From Candidatus Hodarchaeota archaeon (GTDB taxonomy: Archaea; Asgardarchaeota; Heimdallarchaeia; Hodarchaeales; Hodarchaeaceae), in NCBI GenBank assembly GCA_029856365.1, contig JAHQWW010000001.1:1-64000 (forward strand): DNA of 64,000 nucleotides. The letters are read 5' to 3'. Shown in pieces: positions 58,712 through 64,000 of this stretch (position 1 is its first letter; each line of letters begins with the position of its first letter). The translations under genes and the position numbers were made by a program. Below the pieces are notes generated by a model. It saw only the letters and a list, made by a program, of their open reading frames with translations. It had not been told where the DNA came from and did not search any database.

Positions 58712-60130
58712 TTATAAGTTCTTCCAAATTGTACCAATTGCTTTATCCTCAAGAATAATCCCAAGTTCAGAAAGATTAGTGCGAATTTTATCCGAGATTA
58801 CATACATTTCGGCTTGTCGTAACTCTTCTCTGATATCAATAAGTAAATCAACCAAAGAAGATACTAATTCGTCCTGATCTCTCTTTAAAGGTGTTTTATC
58901 AAAGTTAATACCAAGAATTCCCAGTAATTCAACAATTTTTTCCTTTGCTTCCAATAAGATAAATTTCTGATTGGAAAAAGAAGAATTTACTTTGCGGATA
59001 AATCGCATAATGCTCTGGATCGCTGCAACAGTATTGAGATCATCATCCATTGCTTTAATGAATTCTTTTTCAACTTTATCAATCTCTTCCTGTAAATTAG
59101 ATTCCTTTCCACTTGGAGTTTGATTAATAAGTTTAAAAGTATCTTTAATTCGATTGAATAGACTTTGACTTTGAACAAAGGCATCTTCATTAAAATCAAG
59201 GTTCTTTCGATAATGACTATTGACCAAAAAGAAACGAATGGTCATTGGATCATATTTTTTCAACAGATCACGAACAAGTATATAATTTCCTAGTGATTTA
59301 CTCATTTTGACTCCATTTACAATGAGGTGATTGGCATGAATCCAATATTTGACAAATTTTTTCCCTGTTCGAGCTTCGGATTGAGCAATCTCATTGGGAT
59401 GATGTAACATCAAGTGTTCAATACCTCCAGAGTGAATGTCAAGTGTTTCTCCTAGGTACTTTTGCGACATCACAGAGCACTCAAGGTGCCACCCAGGATA
59501 ACCAAGACCCCAAGGAGATGGCCACTTCATAAGATAATTTTCAGGTGCCTTAATCCACAACGCAAAGTCGCGAGGGTTTCGTTTCTCTGGATTTACTGCT
59601 AAACGTACTCCCGCTGATTCTTCAGAGAAACTAGAAGGACTAAGTTCCCCATAGGATAAAAATTTTATCACATCAAAGTAAATAGAGCCATTAACCTCAT
59701 AAGCATAACCTTTGTCAAGTAAATCTTTGATGAATTCAATCATTTCAGGAATGTGCCCTGTTGCACGGGGATAGATGTCAGCTCGTTGAATGTTCAACAC
59801 ATCGATATCTTCAAAGAAACGTTTAATTTGTGATTCAACAAGAACCATCGGTTCTAGATTTTTGTCCCTAGCTGTTTTTACAATTCTATCTTCTCCAGAG
59901 TCAGCGTCGTCAGTTAAATGTCCAACATCTGTAATATTTTGAACCCAGAAAACATCATATCCCCGCCACCTCAGGTACCGTACTAAAACATCCCAATATG
60001 AATAAGTACGAGCATTCCCTAGATGGAGATCAAGGTAAATTGTCTGTCCACATGAATAGAAGCGAACTTTTTTGCCTTCTAACGGTTTAAATTCTTCCTT
60101 TTGTCTGGTTAAAGAGTTAAATAATTCCAT
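58712..60130 (-). CDS. cysS: Cysteinyl-tRNA synthetase
   Basis: CGQT..HLGN (HIGH), NITDVGH, DFALW, PGWHLECS, HHPNE, KMSKSLGN. Confidence 0.96.
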   Translation of the reverse strand: MELFNSLTRQKEEFKPLEGKKVRFYSCGQTIYLDLHLGNARTYSYWDVLVRYLRWRGYDVFWVQNITDVGHLTDDADSGEDRIVKTARDKNLEPMVLVESQIKRFFEDIDVLNIQRADIYPRATGHIPEMIEFIKDLLDKGYAYEVNGSIYFDVIKFLSYGELSPSSFSEESAGVRLAVNPEKRNPRDFALWIKAPENYLMKWPSPWGLGYPGWHLECSVMSQKYLGETLDIHSGGIEHLMLHHPNEIAQSEARTGKKFVKYWIHANHLIVNGVKMSKSLGNYILVRDLLKKYDPMTIRFFLVNSHYRKNLDFNEDAFVQSQSLFNRIKDTFKLINQTPSGKESNLQEEIDKVEKEFIKAMDDDLNTVAAIQSIMRFIRKVNSSFSNQKFILLEAKEKIVELLGILGINFDKTPLKRDQDELVSSLVDLLIDIREELRQAEMYVISDKIRTNLSELGIILEDKAIGTIWKNL

Positions 60131-60449
60131 AAGTTTTTTACCTCATATCATCAAGCCATTATTTCTCACACCGCCAGAAGAATACAATAGAAGGGCAAAA
60201 ATTCAGTCAATCAGGTGCCCACCGTAGACTCCTGGCTGGATGAAAGAATTAACAACAACTGCAGTATTTAATACCAGGAATCTGAGTGGTCAAAGTTATC
60301 GTTTCATGATAACTTTGTATCTTTTTTATAATTTTTCTTCTAGGTATGATGATTTACTAGAATAGGGCAGTTCTTACCTCAAAATTAAATTTTAAAAGGG
60401 TAACATAATAATTAGTAGCATAAGTAAAATAAAACCGCTGGTTGTTATC

Positions 60450-61706
60450 ATGAGGACGCGAAAACTGTCTTTTGTAAGTCTTAGTATCCTTATTTTTGCT
60501 TTTTCCTCCTCTGGGTTATTAATAACCTTATCTACTAGTAATTCTCCATATTTTCAACTACAGAATGAGTTTGGTGTTAATTCTGAATCAGATACTAAAT
60601 CTCGAGACTATTGGCCAACTTCAAGATGGTTAAATTCGACCCCTAAAAAGCAGAATATGGATTCTTCGATATTAAATGACATGCTAGCTCATATTTATGA
60701 ACAAGATTACAACTTTGACTCAATAATTATTGTTCGTAATGGCTATATGGTTTTAGAGGAATATCCTAATCCTGGGTATGATTCAGATGATCTCCACATC
60801 CTTTATTCTGTTACAAAAAGTATTACTTCCTGTTTGATTGGGATTGCAATTGATTATGGATTTATAGATAATATCTCTCAAAGAGTTATTGATTTCTTTC
60901 CCAACAAAGCTATCGCAAATTTAGATGCTCGTAAATAAAGAATAACATTAGAGCATTTATTAACTATGACCGCTGGTTTCGAATGGGAAGGTCCAGATGA
61001 TATGTATCATTCATGGGGAGACGCGGTATGGAGTGGAAACCCAGTAGAGCATGTTCTTAATCAATCCATGCAATATGAACCAGGAACAAACTGGTACTAC
61101 AACGGGGGTTGCTCACATCTCCTTTCTGCTATTCTTACACGAACTACTGGTAATTCGACTCTTAATTTTGCTAAAAAATATCTTTTTGAACCAGTAAATG
61201 TTACTAAAGTTTATTGGCCCATAGATCCTCAAAGAATTTACTACGGAGGGCAGGATATCCGATTAATACCCCCTGATATGGCAAAACTCGGTTATCTGTT
61301 TCTGAATAATGGCACCTGGAATGGTGAACAAGTTGTTTCTAAGGAATGGGTACAGAATTCTACTCAAACCTCATTTTCGTTTAATGCAAATGAGGGTTAT
61401 GGTTATCAGTGGTGGACATATAAACTACTTAATGCTTACTTCGCTTGGGGAAATTTTGAGCAAAGAATTATTATATTACCTGATCCAGATTTAGTCGTTG
61501 TATTTACAGCTGAAATTGATGATATCAGTATAGAACCCGATTTACTCTTTAATTATATATTACCAGCTGTTCTAGACAAGGAATATACAACGGTAGTAAC
61601 CCATAATACCAGTGCAAGTACTCTTCTAAACGCTTTGATCAGTTTCTTTGGGGTAATACTCGTATCCTCTTGGTTTACAAAACAAAAAAGAAGAAAACGA
61701 ATATAG
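60450..61706 (+). pseudogene. Second AmpC-like serine hydrolase interrupted by one in-frame TAA (60936-60938)
   Basis: Both ORF-track pieces are in the same frame; LDARK*RITLEHLLTMT aligns with paralog LDTRKQEITLEHFLTMT; SVTK and YYNG motifs intact. Confidence 0.8.
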
Positions 61707-61820
61707 CGGCTAAAATATTGATAAAATTGTATTAAAGCTGATTATTCCTTGAAAATATTGCTAACTCATTAGTTGATCGTGATTTTATTATGATATTTTT
61801 AGTGGTATAAAATTGATACT

Positions 61821-62936
61821 TCAGAATGTCACTTTATATACTGCAGACTCACGAAACCCTGTTATTACTCTAACATAACCACTCAAGAGTTGGTTGATTT
61901 CATTATCTCCTGTATCAACTAGAAAAGGTTTTCCATAAAGGGAATTGATCTTTTCTCTTGTTGATACAACTATTAAGTTTTCTTTTCCTGCTTGTTTGAT
62001 AATATCAGGACTCATTTGTTGGTTTCCCCTTCCAAACAAGTACCCTTGACCTCCGATTGGTGTTACAATTAATTTTACTTTCTCTCCCTTAATGCATTCT
62101 AACAAATCTTTTTCATTAAGGTCTTTTCCAACAAGTTTTCTTTTGTAGATAAGATCAACACCTAATAATGTATAATCTAAGTTCAGCTTCTCCATGATAG
62201 AACGTGTTGTAGTACCTGGACCGACAACATAGTAGTAATCATCAGTCATATTTTCTATAATCTCTTCAGCAATCGCTTCTTGAGAATACCTTTCACTAGG
62301 TGTTGTTCCAGATTTCATCCCTTGGACATGTCTTTTTTCAAATGGAATCTTCAAGTACCCATATAATTTGGCCGAGATAATGCCATCTCTGAAGCTTTCC
62401 TCATCAATATCCATTACTTCAGCTTCTCTTATTTCTTGGATCTTTTCTTGAAAATATAACGCAGCTAAATCTCCTGCTCTCATTGGGTTCCAAGCATAGA
62501 CAGCTGAATGCATTTTTACCCCTGTGGGAATACCAAGAACCACTATCTCTCCTTTGACAGCCTTATATATGTCCCTGGCTGTCCCGTCTCCTCCAGCGAA
62601 AAGTAAGAGATCAACTTCAAGATTTTTTAGGTCTTTAGAAGCTCTTTGTGTATCATTACTAGTTGTTTCACCTTTTCTTATAGACCCTATTACTTTTGGT
62701 TTGAATCCACATCGTTGAGATACATCTTCCCCCATTTCAGTGGGATATGTGATTATTTCTATTTCATCTTTGAGGTGTACAAGTCTTTTCATCGCTTCTG
62801 TTGCACGTTTTGGAGATTCTGCTTCTGCTCCCATACGTTTAGCTTTTTCTAGAATATCTGCTCCATTTGTTCCTTTTAATCCTACTCTACCCCCCATTCC
62901 AGCAATGGGATTGATTATTAGTCCAAGTTTTCTCAA
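61821..62936 (-). CDS. ATP-NAD/AcoX kinase-family protein
   Basis: [48 protein letters not shown]. Confidence 0.85.
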   Translation of the reverse strand: MRKLGLIINPIAGMGGRVGLKGTNGADILEKAKRMGAEAESPKRATEAMKRLVHLKDEIEIITYPTEMGEDVSQRCGFKPKVIGSIRKGETTSNDTQRASKDLKNLEVDLLLFAGGDGTARDIYKAVKGEIVVLGIPTGVKMHSAVYAWNPMRAGDLAALYFQEKIQEIREAEVMDIDEESFRDGIISAKLYGYLKIPFEKRHVQGMKSGTTPSERYSQEAIAEEIIENMTDDYYYVVGPGTTTRSIMEKLNLDYTLLGVDLIYKRKLVGKDLNEKDLLECIKGEKVKLIVTPIGGQGYLFGRGNQQMSPDIIKQAGKENLIVVSTREKINSLYGKPFLVDTGDNEINQLLSGYVRVITGFRESAVYKVTF

Positions 62937-62945
62937 TTTAACTCA

Positions 62946-63998
62946 TTACTTTTTCCATTTTTTCAAGTAAGCTCTCCAAGTAATTGCCCATCTGGTTGGA
63001 TCGTCAAGCGATTCTGTTTTGATTTTGTGGACAACACTGTTATGAGGTGCGTTTTTCACTATTTTAGGATTATTATAAGCTTCTTCAACTACTTTTTTTA
63101 ATCCCGCAATATACTCGTCAATTTCAGATTTGGAGTAAGATTCAGTAGGTTCAAGTGTCATAGGTTGTTGCACAATGAACGGGTGGTGGGAAGACCACAT
63201 GTGGAAACCAAAATCAATCATGCGGTTGGTAATGTCTTCTGTTGTGACTCCTGTTTCATTCGTAAGATCTTCCCAGCTGTAGCGAACTTGTTCAATACGA
63301 TGTCGACCTTTTGCATAAGGTGCACTGGCACCACGAATCTGTAAAATTTTGTATAATAGATAATTATTGTTAAGTACTGCTATACGGGAAGCTTCTTTCA
63401 ATCCCTCGCTCCCTAAACTCATGATCCATGCATATGCTCTCAATACTGCTGGTATTACGCCGTAATATCCTCTAACTTTCCCAATACTGTTTGGTACGTT
63501 ATAATTCAGATAATATGTGTTTTCATTGAAGTCTACTAATGGAACTGGGAGATAATCTTTGAGTTTTTTTGTTACTCCTAAAGCACCAGTAGCTGGTCCA
63601 CCACATCCATGAGGAGAGGAGAATGTCTTATGGAGATTAAAGAAGCACATATCGAATCCAGCCTCCTTTGCTCTTGCAATACCTAATATGCCATTTGCAT
63701 TCGCTTGATCGTAACCACAAATTCCTCCAGCATCATGAATCGTTTGGGTAAAATTAACAATTTCTGCATTAAAAATGCCTGTATCCTCTGGATTTGTGAT
63801 CAGTAATCCAGCAGTGCGCTCAGATACCGCTGTTCGCAGAGCTTCAAGATCAGGTAAACCATCTTCATTTGGATAGATGGTTATAATTTTGAATCCCTTT
63901 ACAGCTGCCGCAGCTGCATCTGATGGGTGGGAAAATATCGTTGTGATTATTTCATCCTTTTTTACAGATTCCTCGTTGAAATCATGATACGCTCGAAT
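62946..63998 (-). CDS. gcvPB: Glycine dehydrogenase (decarboxylating) subunit 2-like; N-terminus lies outside the window
   Basis: Frame continues upstream of 63650 (ITNPEDTG, YDQANANG); PLP-Lys motif NLHKTFSSPHGCGGP; EPTES. Confidence 0.88.
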   Translation of the reverse strand: MRAYHDFNEESVKKDEIITTIFSHPSDAAAAAVKGFKIITIYPNEDGLPDLEALRTAVSERTAGLLITNPEDTGIFNAEIVNFTQTIHDAGGICGYDQANANGILGIARAKEAGFDMCFFNLHKTFSSPHGCGGPATGALGVTKKLKDYLPVPLVDFNENTYYLNYNVPNSIGKVRGYYGVIPAVLRAYAWIMSLGSEGLKEASRIAVLNNNYLLYKILQIRGASAPYAKGRHRIEQVRYSWEDLTNETGVTTEDITNRMIDFGFHMWSSHHPFIVQQPMTLEPTESYSKSEIDEYIAGLKKVVEEAYNNPKIVKNAPHNSVVHKIKTESLDDPTRWAITWRAYLKKWKK

Positions 63999-64000
63999 TA

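Noticed and set aside
60205-60230. Bona fide T-box riboswitch
   Set aside because: Extra base in the T-box-like motif and no recognisable Stem I motifs or terminator; kept only as a generic structured-leader candidate.
60936-60938. Alternative genetic code or programmed readthrough
   Set aside because: TAA ends many normal genes in this window; a single point change explains it.
2098-62970. Numerous 60-120 aa ORFs overlapping or antisense to well-supported genes (for example 3388-3615, 12443-12724, 21927-22253, 46770-47006)
   Set aside because: No motifs; explained as shadow frames. None near the rSAM operon looks like a separate precursor peptide.
1-64000. tRNA, rRNA, CRISPR arrays, transposases, integrases
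   Set aside because: None recognised by eye; a tRNAscan-SE/Infernal run would be needed to exclude small RNAs.

Overview
Low-GC archaeal chromosomal segment, most likely from an Asgard archaeon (inferred from a Rab-like GTPase, a profilin, a roadblock-like protein, a DGGGP synthase and A/V-ATPase genes). Most of it is housekeeping and metabolic: nadB (5'-truncated), a B12 radical SAM enzyme, an ABC-2 exporter, thiolase/acyl-CoA dehydrogenase/ETF, enolase, PEP synthase, A/V-ATPase I-C-K, a xanthine-dehydrogenase-family L-M-S operon, a 2-oxoacid:ferredoxin oxidoreductase, a lipid/polyamine cluster, two apparently orphan DNA methyltransferases, cysS and gcvPB (truncated). The best candidate for an undescribed system is the tightly coupled operon at 45961-49553. 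It encodes a single-pass membrane protein ending in a six-Cys CACACAGCACACAGGGR tail, then a PqqD/RRE-radical SAM-SPASM enzyme, then a methyltransferase, which suggests RiPP-style modification of a membrane protein's cytoplasmic tail. Other notable items: an uncalled 54-aa stand-alone Rpc34/TFE-beta-type Fe-S protein, an FKBP-TM-C8 zinc-finger protein, a SIRT6-like sirtuin, a eukaryote-like enolase, a BpsA-SpeD fusion, a Cys-less hydrogenase/NuoD-like subunit and candidate structured RNAs. No rRNA, tRNA, CRISPR array or transposase was recognised. All family assignments come from motif recognition by eye; no searches were run.
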